Under the pieces are notes generated by a model, which was given only the letters and a program-made list of their open reading frames with translations, had not been told where the DNA came from and did no database searches. 64,000 nt of DNA from an uncultured delta proteobacterium (GTDB lineage: Bacteria; Myxococcota_A; UBA9160; SZUA-336). The position numbers and the translations under genes are program-made. The first letter of the stretch is position 1. Every line of letters starts with the position of its first letter. Shown here in pieces: positions 24,641 through 35,647 of the stretch. The stretch covers positions 254,429-318,428 of the forward strand of contig CAVPHD010000004.1 in NCBI GenBank assembly GCA_963704165.1, in the 5' to 3' direction.

Positions 24641-24899
24641 CGGCGACGAAAAGCAGGCAGCGGAGCCCTGCTCTTCGGAACCGGCCCCCCCTTCGGCACG
24701 TCTCGCGAGATCGCCGGAGTGTGTGTGGAGCCGTTTTTTTGCACTTAGATTTTGACACGCTGCGTCGAGTGCAGGCGAAGCGAGAGGTCGGTAGCGGTGC
24801 TGCGGGGGTGGCACTGCACGAACCACGAAAACCGAACTCGGCCGCGAGGCATCTCAAGATGGCCCCGCGAGATCCGGGCAGGAGACGAAGGCAAGCATC

Positions 24900-26348
24900 A
24901 TGAGCCAGGGACGCTGGACCGAGACAAAGACGACCGATCGGGAGCACTCGAACGTGGACCCGGACGAGGAGGCGGCGCGCAATCGCAACACGCTGCTCTC
25001 CTACTTCAACGACATCGCGAGCATTCCGACGCTGACGAAGGATCAGGAGGTCATGCTCGCGAAGGAGATGGAGTCCGCGACTCACGAGATGCGCTCGGGC
25101 ATCCTCTCTGTCTCGTTCACCTGGCGAGAAGCGATCGACATCTGGCGTGGACTCCAGACCGAGAACCGAGTGACCGCGAAGATGTCCGAGGCCTACGGCT
25201 CCGGAACCCCGGAAGGTGAGGAGCGCGGCGAGAAGCTCGACAAGTGCCTGAAGAAGGTCGAGGCGCTGCTCGCGAAGTACGACGACCTCGCGGCTTCCGG
25301 GAAGGAAGACAAGGCCGGACTCGACAAGCTCGGCGTGAGCATCCAGAAGGCGCTACGCGAGGCAGATCTCTCGATGCAGATCTTCGAGCGCATCCGGCGC
25401 AAGCTGCGCGGAGCCCGCGACACGATGGCGAGCTACGAGCGGCAGATCCGCGATCTGAAGTCGCCCAAGCGTGCGCCGAAGACCGAGAAGGGGAAGGTCG
25501 ATCGCGAGCGCGATCTCCGCACGCTGCGCAAGCAGCTTCGCGAGGTCGAGTTGTCGATGGGCGTCCGCGCACCCGACTTCATCCAGCTGATGGATACCGT
25601 CGATCTCGCCTACGACCGGCTGATGTTCCACAAGAACAAGTTCGTCCAGCACAACTTGAAGCTCGTGATCGCGATCGCCAAGGACTACCGCAACATGGGG
25701 ATCGCGTTCCAGGACTTGATCCAGGAGGGAAACCTCGGGCTGATCCGCGCGGTCGAGAAGTTCGACTACCGGCGTGGCCACAAGTTCTCGACCTACGCCC
25801 TGTGGTGGATTCGGCAGGCGCTCATCCGCGCGATTCAGAACCAGTCGCGGACGATCCGCATCCCGAGCCACATGCACGACACGCTGCTCAAGTACTACCG
25901 AACGTACAACGCGCTCTCGAAGCGACTCGGTCGAGAGCCGAAGACGTCCGAGCTCGCCAAGGAGCTGAAGATCACGGTCGAGCAGACCGAGCGGCTGCAG
26001 AAGATGACGCGCGAGCCGGTCTCACTCGAGACTCAGGTCAAGGGAACTGACTCGAAGGTGCTCAAGGACTTCGTGAAGGATCCCGGAACGGTCTCGCCGC
26101 TCGAGAGCCTCGATCGCCTGCGACTCGAGCGCGCAACCGAGGAGTCGATCTCGCAGCTGAACGAGCGAGAGCGGAACATCCTGCGCTGGCGCTTCGGAAT
26201 GAAGGGCGAGCAGGACCATACGCTCGAGGAGATCGGCGAGAAGCTGGGCCTGTCGCGTGAGCGTGTTCGCCAGCTCGAGGCCCGCGCGATCGAGAAGCTG
26301 CGCCACTCCTCCAAGCAGCGGCTGCTCGAGGCCTTCGCCGAACTCTGA
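24900..26348 (+). CDS. RpoD-like sigma70 factor lacking region 1.1 (group 2-like paralog)
   Basis: Region 1.2 [12 protein letters not shown], long non-conserved region, [36 protein letters not shown], region 4 TLEEIG...SRERVRQLE. Confidence 0.93.
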   Translation: MSQGRWTETKTTDREHSNVDPDEEAARNRNTLLSYFNDIASIPTLTKDQEVMLAKEMESATHEMRSGILSVSFTWREAIDIWRGLQTENRVTAKMSEAYGSGTPEGEERGEKLDKCLKKVEALLAKYDDLAASGKEDKAGLDKLGVSIQKALREADLSMQIFERIRRKLRGARDTMASYERQIRDLKSPKRAPKTEKGKVDRERDLRTLRKQLREVELSMGVRAPDFIQLMDTVDLAYDRLMFHKNKFVQHNLKLVIAIAKDYRNMGIAFQDLIQEGNLGLIRAVEKFDYRRGHKFSTYALWWIRQALIRAIQNQSRTIRIPSHMHDTLLKYYRTYNALSKRLGREPKTSELAKELKITVEQTERLQKMTREPVSLETQVKGTDSKVLKDFVKDPGTVSPLESLDRLRLERATEESISQLNERERNILRWRFGMKGEQDHTLEEIGEKLGLSRERVRQLEARAIEKLRHSSKQRLLEAFAEL

Positions 26349-26377
26349 GTTCGCGGCGCACGCAATCGGGACGCAAG

Positions 26378-26418
26378 AGCCCCTGGACGCCCATCTGGCC
26401 TCCAGGGGCTTTCTCTTT
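26378..26418 (+). terminator. Intrinsic terminator after the sigma factor gene
   Basis: AGCCCCTGGA/TCCAGGGGCT stem followed by TTCTCTTT. Confidence 0.75.
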
Positions 26419-26608
26419 GGCGAGATTGGCCGCTCGAGTGGGAAAAAGGCGCCACATTCCCACAGAGGGCACCACCTATATGCAGGGAAGAGCCTCTCGT
26501 GGAGTGGGGTTCCAGCCCCAAAAAAGGCTTGGATTCCAGTCTTGGGTATGAGAGGGTTCGAAAGCGCTCGTGGCGCCGAGGGAGTTTATGAGTTCAAAGG
26601 GAGGGGAA

Positions 26609-29572
26609 ATGGTCGCTCTACGACTTTTCGCGCTGATCCTACTGACGGGGTCTTTGGCCCTGTCTGCGCGTGCGGACTTGTTTCCGTACGAGAACGTGGG
26701 AACTGGCGGAGACAACAATACGATCGATTCGAATGCGCTCTCGTGTGATACCGGCGAAGGCTGTTACACGACGACGGGTGCGCGCTGTTCAGACAACCCA
26801 AACCAGCTCTGCAACCTGCAGATCGTTCCCGCGGGACGCTGCACCTACGGCAGCCTGACCAGCGGCGTCGGTCCGGGCGGCACGAGCTGCGTGTTCCCGC
26901 ACTGGGCGGGACGCTGCACCGGCAATACGAAGGTCGGCTGCTTGAGCAACGCTCAGTGCGCCGATGCCGGCGGTACCTGCGACCTCACGATCTCGGTGTT
27001 CGGTGAGCTCGCGGCCGGGTACGCCGGAGAGTGCAACTGCCAGGGCACGAACTCCGCAGGCGCCGACTTCGAGATCGCGGTCTGCGGCAGCGGCCTCTCG
27101 GTCTGCTCCGATGGCGATTCCGATCGCGACGTGGGTGGCTGGGGCACGGGGCTTGGCGTCGAGCTGAAGACCGGTGGTCCGGGCTCCCAGACGTTCGCGA
27201 ACATGGGACCGGCCATTACCGGCGAAGCGACACCGAAGAGCACCCCGCCCTTCGCGATCGAGAACCCGCCGACCAACTTCGACCCGCAGCGCGATGCCGG
27301 TAGCATCGCCCGCACGCCGGCGCAGGGTACGGGACCGATTCACCCGGTCCGCACTACCGACGCGCGCGAGCTCGGTCCGTACGTCCATCCGACGATCGGC
27401 ACCTCCGTCGACGTCCGGAAGATGAAGTCGCACGGAGACTCCTACTGGAGCGACACGGGGTTCGCCTCCGCGGCGGTCACCGGTACGTACAACACGCACA
27501 TCGTGACCTACCCGTGCGATCCGCCCGTCGGTTGGACGCCCGGTGCAGTGGTCAGCGGCGGTTTGTACTGCCACCAGGTTGCGATCAGCGGCATGAGCTT
27601 CCTCTGGGGTTCGGATCTCACCCCGGCTCAGGTCACGGCGTACACGTCGGGTGGGCAGCGCGTCTGCCCGCCGAACTGCAACAAGGACTTCAATCTCTCG
27701 ACGATGGAGCTCCAGGCCTTCGTCGATGCCGGTGCCGCCGATCCGAACGCGGGCATCCAGCTCGCGATCCAGAGCGGCGAGGAAGCGGCCGGTCGTCAGG
27801 CGGGAACGCGTGACGTCATCGGCGTTGCCGCGATCACCTCCCTCACTTGGCTGATCGACACCGACATCCGCTGCAAGATGGGCGGTTGGGGCAACGCACC
27901 CGGCGTCGTCGGGCGCTGCAACAACGGTCCGCGCGTCTGCACGCCGGGCACCGCGGGCGACGCGGCTTGTGCGGTCGCTCCGAGCAACGGCTCGAGCTGC
28001 CGACCCTGTGTCGGTCCCTTTGATGCAGGCACCAACCCGCTCGGTCTCCCGATCGGCTACAACACCCATGGCCGCGCCGAGCTCGATCTCGTCGCCGGCA
28101 AGCGCATCGGCAGCATCCCCGGCCCGACGGCCGGGGTGCGGGTCCCGCTCTTCGTCGTCGGCACGACCGGCAACGCGGCGGCGGACTTCCGCGATATCGC
28201 AGGCCAGGGCGCGCCAGATGTCGATCTCTCGGACCTCGGTCCGGTCGATCCGGGTGGTGCGGCGTTCGCCAGCGGCGTCGGTACGGGTGGGTCGTTCCCG
28301 AACGGAACGCCTCTGAACATCGCCGAGCCCTGCTGCCTGAGTGCCGGCGCCATCGCGTGGTCGGCTGAGGCAGGCGGCGAGGTCGTCCCCGGATCCGAGG
28401 ACGGCTTCAGCTATCGCTACGACGCCGGCGGCGGAGACGTGCACCTCAGCGATTGGGCGCTCGTCTACGACAAGGGTCCCGGTCCGGACGGTATTCCGGG
28501 CTGCATCGGCGACAACGTCAACGTGCTGAACGGAAGCGCGGCCTGTAATTCGCGCCTCGGCAAGACGCCGGATGGTGCGAAGACCAACGGCTACTACGCC
28601 ACGGGTCAGGACGACCGCGCGCTTCGCCACACCGTTGGTGCGGCACTGCTCCCGGCCGTGTCGTCCCGGTTCCAGTACCGCGACGCCTCTCCGGCGGTCA
28701 TGACGTACTTCGGGACGGCGCAGAATCCGCCGACCATCAACACGGCCGCGGCGTTCACCCTGCGTGACGTCGCCGTCTTCGTGCCGCGCAGTGCGGACAT
28801 CCTGGTGAAGACCAACACGACGGCGTGCCCGCTGACGAGCAGCGGTCCGGTCTGCACCCCGGCGGGGGATCCGTGCGCCGGCCTCGGTGGTGACACCGAC
28901 GGCGACGGGGTCTGCAACGACAACGACAACTGTCCGTCGATTGCGAACGCGGGCCAGACGAATGGCGACGGCGACACGCTCGGTGACGCCTGCGACAACT
29001 GCCCGACGGTGACCAACGAGGCGCAGACCGACGGCGACGTCGATACGGTCGGCGACGCCTGCGACAACTGCCCGACGGTGGCGAACACCAACCAGGCAGA
29101 CGGAGCGGCGGGTCTCGAGATTCCGCCGGACGGCGTTGGCGATGCGTGCGACAACTGCACCCGGGTCAACAACCCGCGCGTGGCCTCGAACTTCCTCTCG
29201 ACCAACCAGTGGGCGACGCTCACCGGCGGCCAGAGGGACGACGACCACGACGGCTACGGCAACAAGTGCGACGCGGACTTCACCGCGGCGGGCTTGTTCG
29301 TCGGATCGGGCGATCTGGCGCAGTACCGCATCAGCAGCGGCAAGAACCGCACGGGTGACACCTGCGGTACGGTCGGCACGCAGCCCTGCGCTCGGTACGA
29401 CCTGGATGAGGCCGGACTGTTCCTTGGCTCGGGCGATCTCGCCCTCTACAGGGGTCTCAGCGGCAAGCAGGCAGGTCCGCGCTGCGCCACGTACTGCACG
29501 GGAACGGGCTCGGCCACGCTCCCCTGCACGGCGGGTACGGCAGGATCCTGCACGCACGTTTTCAGTCCGTAG
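26609..29572 (+). CDS. Large secreted Cys/Gly-rich protein with thrombospondin type-3 repeats and dockerin-like C-terminus (987 aa)
   Basis: GGAGGGG RBS and ATG at 26609; signal peptide ...LALSARA; DTDGDGVCNDNDNCP and repeated GDACDNCP; twin CDADF...GDL / YDLD...GDL repeats. Confidence 0.85.
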   Translation: MVALRLFALILLTGSLALSARADLFPYENVGTGGDNNTIDSNALSCDTGEGCYTTTGARCSDNPNQLCNLQIVPAGRCTYGSLTSGVGPGGTSCVFPHWAGRCTGNTKVGCLSNAQCADAGGTCDLTISVFGELAAGYAGECNCQGTNSAGADFEIAVCGSGLSVCSDGDSDRDVGGWGTGLGVELKTGGPGSQTFANMGPAITGEATPKSTPPFAIENPPTNFDPQRDAGSIARTPAQGTGPIHPVRTTDARELGPYVHPTIGTSVDVRKMKSHGDSYWSDTGFASAAVTGTYNTHIVTYPCDPPVGWTPGAVVSGGLYCHQVAISGMSFLWGSDLTPAQVTAYTSGGQRVCPPNCNKDFNLSTMELQAFVDAGAADPNAGIQLAIQSGEEAAGRQAGTRDVIGVAAITSLTWLIDTDIRCKMGGWGNAPGVVGRCNNGPRVCTPGTAGDAACAVAPSNGSSCRPCVGPFDAGTNPLGLPIGYNTHGRAELDLVAGKRIGSIPGPTAGVRVPLFVVGTTGNAAADFRDIAGQGAPDVDLSDLGPVDPGGAAFASGVGTGGSFPNGTPLNIAEPCCLSAGAIAWSAEAGGEVVPGSEDGFSYRYDAGGGDVHLSDWALVYDKGPGPDGIPGCIGDNVNVLNGSAACNSRLGKTPDGAKTNGYYATGQDDRALRHTVGAALLPAVSSRFQYRDASPAVMTYFGTAQNPPTINTAAAFTLRDVAVFVPRSADILVKTNTTACPLTSSGPVCTPAGDPCAGLGGDTDGDGVCNDNDNCPSIANAGQTNGDGDTLGDACDNCPTVTNEAQTDGDVDTVGDACDNCPTVANTNQADGAAGLEIPPDGVGDACDNCTRVNNPRVASNFLSTNQWATLTGGQRDDDHDGYGNKCDADFTAAGLFVGSGDLAQYRISSGKNRTGDTCGTVGTQPCARYDLDEAGLFLGSGDLALYRGLSGKQAGPRCATYCTGTGSATLPCTAGTAGSCTHVFSP

Positions 29573-29582
29573 GGCAATGGTT

Positions 29583-29632
29583 CTCCTGGGTCAGATTTCC
29601 AGCGGGAAATCGGTGGAAATCTGACCCAGGAG
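29583..29632. repeat. Perfect 19-bp inverted repeat with 12-nt spacer, followed by T5 (possible terminator and/or operator)
   Basis: CTCCTGGGTCAGATTTCCA at 29583-29601 and its exact reverse complement at 29614-29632. Confidence 0.9.
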
Positions 29633-29743
29633 GTTTTTCGATGTGGTAGGCTGCGCTTCAAGGTGCAGCGCAGGGGCTCGAAGCAGATGTCGCATCGACG
29701 GTTTCTGGCAGAGTCCAAATTCACTGGAGGGAAGGAACTAGGT

Positions 29744-30280
29744 ATGAGAAAGCTAATGGCAGTGGTCGCGGTCGCGGCCGGATTGATGCTCGGTTCGGTT
29801 GCGAACGCAGCCCAGATCGACATCTTTCTGACCCAGACCAGCGCGACCGATTGGGATCTGACGGTCGACAACAACGGCGGCGTGGACCTCGGCGCGGTCA
29901 ACGTGTGGGTGTCGAACAACCTGACCGCGATGACCCTGAATCCGCTCAACGCGGGGATCAGCATCGGCGACAGCTCGTTCAACTACGACGCGTTTCCGCC
30001 CGACAGCTTCGTGATCATCAGCAACGCCAGCGCGGCGGGCACGATCGCGGCGGCGGGTGCGCAGGACGTCCTGTTGGCGTCGTTCACGGGCACCGGCGGT
30101 CCGGTCGTGTTCCAGGACAGCACGTTCGTTGGATCGGACACCGCGTTCGACAACAACCTGGTGGCGATCGGCGATTACTCGCTCACGGTGGTCCCGACCC
30201 CGCCCGTGCCGGAACCGGCGTCGATGGTTCTGCTCGGCCTCGGTCTCGCGGCGTTCGGTCTGGTTCGCCGCTCGGCCTGA
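29744..30280 (+). CDS. PEP-CTERM (exosortase-targeted) protein
   Basis: Signal peptide ...SVANA; C-terminal VPEPASMVLLGLGLAAFGLVRRSA. Confidence 0.93.
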   Translation: MRKLMAVVAVAAGLMLGSVANAAQIDIFLTQTSATDWDLTVDNNGGVDLGAVNVWVSNNLTAMTLNPLNAGISIGDSSFNYDAFPPDSFVIISNASAAGTIAAAGAQDVLLASFTGTGGPVVFQDSTFVGSDTAFDNNLVAIGDYSLTVVPTPPVPEPASMVLLGLGLAAFGLVRRSA

Positions 30281-30314
30281 TTCTCTGTCTCTGAGATCGC
30301 CCGGTGATCTCGAA

Positions 30315-30346
30315 AGGGGCGGTGTCGCGAAAGCGGCACCGCCCCT
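30315..30346 (+). terminator. GC-rich hairpin after the PEP-CTERM gene (terminator or stabiliser)
   Basis: AGGGGCGGTGTCGC-GAAA-GCGGCACCGCCCCT; weak U tail. Confidence 0.7.
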
Positions 30347-30449
30347 CTGATTTCTGCGACGCTGCACCGCGCGTCTTGACCTTGCCCCCGGTGCGTGTTC
30401 AGATCGAAGCGGTCGTCGATGAACGACTCGCACACAGGAAGGGAACGCC

Positions 30450-31508
30450 ATGCTCCGCAGCTCGTTCATTCTGATCTCCGCGACGTTCGCGCTCTCGCTT
30501 GCGGGATCCTCGAGCGCCGCGGTCACGGTCTTCCAGGATCCGAGCTGCACGCTGCCGTGCACGGCGGGAACTCCCGGCGCGCCGCCGGCGGCGGTGGTCG
30601 TTGGCGGGCCGTCGGTCGCGCTGAACCTCTTCTACCAGGGAGGCTCGGTCGCCTCGACCGGCAATCCGTGCCTGTCCGGCAACGGCGAGGAGACCTGCGG
30701 CTGGGACATCCACGTCTCGACGAGCGGCCCCGGCGTCGTCTTGCAGAGCTTCACGCCCGACACGAACCCGGGCTCCGACATCGTCGCCGCGATCACGGGG
30801 AACGTCCTGCGTGCGAACGGCGGCCTGCCGACGACGGGTGAGCTCGGAATCCGCCGGATCGGCACGCTCGTCGTCGGCGCGACCGCGCCGGGCTCGGTGA
30901 CCGTCTCCGGAAACCTGTACGTGACGGCCAGTCTTCAAGCCGCGCCGGTGACGAGCGGAAACACGCTCGCGGTCGCCGCGGCCGGCGGACCCGACACGGA
31001 CGGCGACGGCGTCGACGACGCGAGCGACAACTGCCCGACGGTCGCGAACCCGACCCAGCTCGACCTGGACGGCGATCTGGTCGGCGACCTCTGCGACAAC
31101 TGCGTCGAAGACTCGAACCCGCGCGTGGCCGGGGACTTCCTCTCGACCAACCCGTGGGCGACGCTGACCGGTGGCCAGAGGGATGACGACCACGACGGCT
31201 ACGGGAACCGCTGCGACGCGGACTTCACCGCGACGGGCTTGTTCGTCGGCTCTGCGGATCTGGCCCAGTTCCGCGTCAGCAGCGGCAAGAACCGCACCGG
31301 CGACACCTGCGGCACGGCCGGCACGCAGCCCTGCGCGCGCTACGACCTCGACGAGTCGGGGCTCTTCCTCGGCTCGGGCGATCTCGCCGTCTACCGGGGG
31401 CTGAGCGGAAAGCAGGCGGGGCCCCGGTGCGCGGCCTGCACCGGAACCGGATCCGTCCCGCTCCCCTGCACGGCGGGCACGGCGGGATCCTGCACGCACA
31501 CTTTCTAG
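30450..31508 (+). CDS. Secreted protein: beta-rich N-domain, TSP3 repeats, dockerin-like C-terminus
   Basis: Signal peptide; [15 protein letters not shown]; C-terminal ~135 aa nearly identical to that of 26609..29572. Confidence 0.85.
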   Translation: MLRSSFILISATFALSLAGSSSAAVTVFQDPSCTLPCTAGTPGAPPAAVVVGGPSVALNLFYQGGSVASTGNPCLSGNGEETCGWDIHVSTSGPGVVLQSFTPDTNPGSDIVAAITGNVLRANGGLPTTGELGIRRIGTLVVGATAPGSVTVSGNLYVTASLQAAPVTSGNTLAVAAAGGPDTDGDGVDDASDNCPTVANPTQLDLDGDLVGDLCDNCVEDSNPRVAGDFLSTNPWATLTGGQRDDDHDGYGNRCDADFTATGLFVGSADLAQFRVSSGKNRTGDTCGTAGTQPCARYDLDESGLFLGSGDLAVYRGLSGKQAGPRCAACTGTGSVPLPCTAGTAGSCTHTF

Positions 31509-32974
31509 CGCCGCGCGGAGAGCTCGAACTGGCTGATCTTCCCCTGGGCCTCGAGCTCCTTCATCCGCTCGTTGAACCAGAGCCCGATGGTGAGCCCGCG
31601 CTCGCGCTGTAGCAGGCGATCGCGCGTCCCCGCGAACTCCTGCTCGATCCGCGCGGGATCGGGCTCTTCTCGGGCGAGCAGCGAGACGACGTAGAGGTTC
31701 TCGCCGTCGCTGAAGACGCGATTCGCGCTCGGCCGGACCTGCGTGAGCGCGAATGCCTCCTGCTTCAGGTCCGCGACCCCGGAGAGCCCGGGCACGCTCG
31801 GGTCGCGGATGCCGAATGGGGCCGTGACGCCGACGGGAAGCCCGAGGCCGTCCGCCGCGGCCACGAACGGCTTGCCCTCGGCCAGCTCGACGATCAGCGT
31901 GTTCGCGGCGGCCCGGGCGGCGTCGGCGGCCCGATCGTCGCGCAGGATGTCGATCGCCAGAAGCTCCGCGACCTCCTCGAAGGGGGTCTGGCTGCCGGCG
32001 TCGTGGCTCTCGACCCAGATCAGGTGCACGCCGCGCTCGGTCCTCACGGGGCCGCTGGGCTTGCCGGGCTCGAGCGCGAACGCGGTCTCGTCGAACGCCG
32101 CCATCATGCGGCCGCGCGGAAAGCTGCCGAGGTCGCCGCCGTCCTCGCGTGTCGCGGCGTCGGCCGAGAGCTCCCGGGCGAGGTCCGCGAAGCTCTCTCC
32201 CGCCTCGAGCCGGCCTCGCGCCGTGATCGCGTGCGCCTCGGCATCCTCCCCCGTGAAGAGAATGTGGCGCGCGTGCACCTGCTCCGGTTTCGAGAAGTCG
32301 GCGATGCGCAGCTGGTAGGCACCGCGAACACGATCGGGGTCGTTCGCGACGAGCGCCTTCGCGTCGTCGGGTGTGATGACGACCCGCTCGCGAAACGCGC
32401 TCTTGCTCGCGGTCGCGTAGCGAAGGCTGATCCGCGTCTCGGCCCGCAGGATCTCGTCGCGCACCGCAGCGTCGGAAATCAGCACCGGCGAGGCGACCAG
32501 GCGCGAGAAGTTGCGCAGCAACAGGTCGCGCCGGTGCTGTGCGGCGTACTCGCGCGGCCCGAGTCCGGTGCGCGAGATCTGCCGTTCGGCCAGCTCTCGA
32601 TCGAACTTCCCGTCGCGGAGCAGGCCGGGCGTGCTCTGGAAGTCGGCCTTGAGTGACTCGTCCGAGACGCCGAGCCCGAGTGACTCGGCTTCCTGCGACA
32701 ACACGTAGCGGCGCACGAGGGATTGGCGCGTCTGCTGGTCGATCATCGCCGAGAGCTGATCCGCGTCGATGCCCTGCTGGCTGAACTCGCGGAAGGCCTG
32801 CTCGTTCTGCTCGCGGAAGAACTCGAAGACGTCGCGCGGGATCGACTGGCCGTTCACCTGCGCGACGGGTGCGGTCGAAGGATCGGAGCCCTCCGGCTGG
32901 CCGAAGAAGAACGCGAACACGACGAGCACGCCGATGATCGCCAGGTTGCGCAGCCAGATTCCGATCCGCCCCAT
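31505..32974 (-). CDS. ppiD: PpiD-like periplasmic chaperone (SurA-N + parvulin PPIase)
   Basis: N-terminal [43 protein letters not shown]. Confidence 0.9.
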   Translation of the reverse strand: MGRIGIWLRNLAIIGVLVVFAFFFGQPEGSDPSTAPVAQVNGQSIPRDVFEFFREQNEQAFREFSQQGIDADQLSAMIDQQTRQSLVRRYVLSQEAESLGLGVSDESLKADFQSTPGLLRDGKFDRELAERQISRTGLGPREYAAQHRRDLLLRNFSRLVASPVLISDAAVRDEILRAETRISLRYATASKSAFRERVVITPDDAKALVANDPDRVRGAYQLRIADFSKPEQVHARHILFTGEDAEAHAITARGRLEAGESFADLARELSADAATREDGGDLGSFPRGRMMAAFDETAFALEPGKPSGPVRTERGVHLIWVESHDAGSQTPFEEVAELLAIDILRDDRAADAARAAANTLIVELAEGKPFVAAADGLGLPVGVTAPFGIRDPSVPGLSGVADLKQEAFALTQVRPSANRVFSDGENLYVVSLLAREEPDPARIEQEFAGTRDRLLQRERGLTIGLWFNERMKELEAQGKISQFELSARR

Positions 32975-33037
32975 CTCGATCTCCCCTCCGAAGTCGCGGC
33001 AAGCTGCCGTTTTCCGAGCTTTGCACAAGGCTCGTGC

Positions 33038-34187
<1,150 letters not shown>

Positions 34188-34214
34188 GGCCCGACAGCGA
34201 GAAAGCGGGAAGTC

Positions 34215-35112
34215 TTGAGCGAGCAGCTGCGTCGCTACGCTTATCCGCTCGTCTATCTGCTGCTGGCATCGCTTTCGGCGATCGGAATGGCCTCGCAGCG
34301 CGGCCCCGCCCCCATCGGCTTCGGGCCCCGTCTGGTCTTGAACCTGACCTTGCCGCTCGAGCGGATGGTCGCCCTGCCGGTTCAGGAGCTCGGCGATCTG
34401 TGGGGGGACTACGTCGCGCTCGTCGCCGTGCGCGAGGAGAACGGCAAGCTGCGCGGGCAGCTCGCGCGACTCGAGGACGAGAACCACCAGTACCGCGAGG
34501 CGATCCTGTCGTCGCGAGCGCTTTCAGAAGCTCGCGAGCTTCCGCGCTCAGCGCGAGATCCCGATGGTGCCGGCGAACGTGATCCACCACGATCTCTCGC
34601 CCTGGTTCCAATCGCTGATGATCGACCAGGGCGCCGCGGCCGGGATTCGGCCGGGAATGCCCGTGATCACGGACGCAGGCGTCGTCGGGCTGATCTCCGG
34701 AACGACGCCCGGCGCCGCCAAGGTGATGCTGATGATCGACCCGCAGAGCCGTCTCGACGCCTATGTGGAGCGGACTCGGGCGCGCGGAACCGTCCGCGGC
34801 GTGGCGGCGCCGGTCTGCGACCTCGACTACGTGACTCGCCAGGAAAACGTCGAGGAGGGCGATCTGCTCCTGACGTCCGGCATGGGTGGGGTCTATCCGA
34901 AGGGCTTGCGGGTCGGTCGAATCGCGGCTGTCGATCGAAGGACCTCGGGGCTCTTCCTCGGCGCGAAGGTCGTTCCCGCGGTCGATTTCGCCCGGCTCGA
35001 CGAGGTCTTCGTGATCCTCGAGCAGCGCCAGATCCCCGAGGAGCACGAATTCTCCGCGGCGGACGAGGGGCTCTGGCCGCCGCCGCCCGCGGCTTCGGAA
35101 GCCCCGCCTTGA
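34215..35112 (+). CDS. mreC: MreC, one apparent extra base (~34515)
   Basis: TM, coiled coil REENGKLR, then in the +1 frame IDQGAAAGIRPGMPVI, GDLLLTSGMGGVYPKG. Confidence 0.92.
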
Positions 35113-35647
35113 CGGCCCTCGCGAAGCTCGTCGGGGTCGGGCTGGCCCTGCTTCTAGGTCAGGTGCTCGCCCGCCTGCTCCTGCCGACCGAGATCCGACC
35201 CGATCTGATCTTGATCTTCGCGCTGGCGATGGGACTTCGAGGTGCCGGGCTGCAGGGCCTGATCCTGGCGTTCGGGGCGGGCTTCGTCGATGGACGTGCT
35301 CTCGGGCGCACCCCAGGGGCTGTTCGCGCTTCTGTGCGGAACGGCCTGCGCGGCGACTCGGCTCTTCGACAAGGCGCTCTACCTGCGGGCCGCCGCGCCC
35401 TGGGCGACCTACGTCGGCGTCTACGTCCTCGCCAACTGGGTTCTGCTCGGCGTCGCCCAGCGCTTGTTCGCGCCGGCGGGTGCCTCCGAGTGGGCCGATC
35501 TGCTGGTTCGGGCTCCCGGCACGGCCCTCGCCACCGCGCTCGCCGCCGCGCCGCATGCTCTCGGTGTTCCGGCGCCTGCTCAGCGAGTCCGATCTCAAGG
35601 GCGGTTGGACGGTCCTCGCCTCCCACGGACCGCGCGGCCGCTCGTGA
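35109..35647 (+). CDS. mreD: MreD, two apparent extra bases (~35289, ~35554)
   Basis: TTG overlapping the mreC stop; PDLILI...AFGAGF(V)MDVLSGAPQG; restored frame ends at TGA 35645-35647, overlapping the mrdA GTG. Confidence 0.8.

Noticed and set aside
26355-26400. GGGACGCAAGAGCC resembles part of a c-di-GMP-I riboswitch
   Set aside because: The upstream GGCAAA and the GNRA-capped P2 hairpin are missing, and the sequence is explained as the terminator stem
28891-29160. 69-nt period tandem repeats as a possible CRISPR or VNTR
   Set aside because: In-frame thrombospondin type-3 protein repeats; no unique spacers and no cas genes
29641-29743. Sigma54 promoter expected upstream of a PEP-CTERM gene
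   Set aside because: TGGCA at 29706 is not followed by GC at the -12 position; no acceptable -24/-12 pair found
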